Source: an uncultured delta proteobacterium (GTDB lineage Bacteria > Desulfobacterota > Desulfobacteria > Desulfobacterales > Desulfatirhabdiaceae). From it: 64,000 bases of DNA. The DNA is taken from positions 224,001 through 288,000 of the forward strand of contig CAWBKP010000012.1 of assembly GCA_963789395.1 (NCBI GenBank), given 5' to 3'. Positions 63,443-64,000 of this stretch are shown one piece after another. A model generated the notes under the pieces. It was not told where the DNA came from. It did not search any database and saw only the letters and a program-made list of their open reading frames with translations. Both the position numbers and the translations under genes were made by a program. Numbering within the stretch: the first letter of the stretch is position 1; each line of letters begins with the position of its first letter.

Positions 63443-64000
63443 TTTTTGCAGCTTTCTGTTCCACCTCGGATGCCATCTCGATTTTATATGCTTTCAAAAG
63501 TTTTTCCAGACGGAGATCTGAAAGGGCCAGTATCTGAACCGCCAGTATCCCGGCATTTTTTGCGCCGGATTTTCCAATGGAGACCGTTGCAACCGGAATG
63601 CCAGGAGGCATCTGAACCGTTGACAGCAGGGAATCAAAGCCCTGAAGGCATGAGGAGTCAATCGGAACCCCGATGACCGGAAGCGTCGTATGGGCCGCCA
63701 GGACCCCTGCAAGATGCGCGGCATGGCCGGCGCCGGCAATAATGACCTGGATGCCGCGGTTTGCCGCTGACCCGGCAAATTCGGCTGCCCGTGCAGGGCT
63801 GCGATGGGCGGAAGCAATCGTCATCTGATACGGCACGCCGAATTTTTTCAGGATGACCGCAGCCTCTTCCATGACTGGAATATCCGAATCGCTTCCCATG
63901 ACAATTCCCACCTTGGGAGCGGTTTCAAGCCTTCTGACGGCTTTTTGACCGATATCCATGCGGTAATGCACCCCTTCCCAGGTGATTTTGGAAACTGCAT
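63429..64000 (-). CDS. purE: PurE domain fused in frame to the C-terminus of PurD (5' part off-window)
   Basis: [27 protein letters not shown] and [12 protein letters not shown]; the upstream in-frame [17 protein letters not shown] resembles the PurD C-terminus. Confidence 0.9.
   Translation of the reverse strand, partial: AVSKITWEGVHYRMDIGQKAVRRLETAPKVGIVMGSDSDIPVMEEAAVILKKFGVPYQMTIASAHRSPARAAEFAGSAANRGIQVIIAGAGHAAHLAGVLAAHTTLPVIGVPIDSSCLQGFDSLLSTVQMPPGIPVATVSIGKSGAKNAGILAVQILALSDLRLEKLLKAYKIEMASEVEQKAAKIESR

Overview
A 64 kb bacterial chromosomal window of mostly housekeeping and metabolic genes. Gene content and style point to an anaerobic Desulfobacterota (deltaproteobacterial) genome; that is inference, not a database result. 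No rRNA, tRNA, CRISPR array, transposase or phage genes were seen. The centre (about 12.3-32.7 kb) is an extended histidine/imidazole-catabolism island. It holds hutU, ftcD, hutI, a cyclodeaminase and hutH, followed in the same operon by a 4x[4Fe-4S] protein and an acetylene-hydratase-like Mo/W-bisPGD enzyme that keeps the CxxCD motif. A divergent HutC-type regulator, two ABC importers and an ASKHA-type corrinoid reactivation ATPase flank it. Three HutC-type boxes (TGTMTATACA), each downstream of a TTGACA, link the hut operon, the polar amino-acid ABC importer and the corrinoid activator into one putative regulon. My leading hypothesis is an undescribed anaerobic route that funnels a modified histidine (e.g. 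ergothioneine, hercynine or thio/methyl-histidine) into the Hut pathway. Other points: a cNMP-CBS-DUF294 nucleotidyltransferase/DEDDh exonuclease pair, a DUF2080-GNAT pair, a CdaA-YbbR fusion, a PurD-PurE fusion, a clear BirA operator and two families of intergenic repeats. Many genes carry single-base frameshifts, densest at 12-28.3 kb. These are most likely long-read indel errors, so split genes are reported as single CDS.
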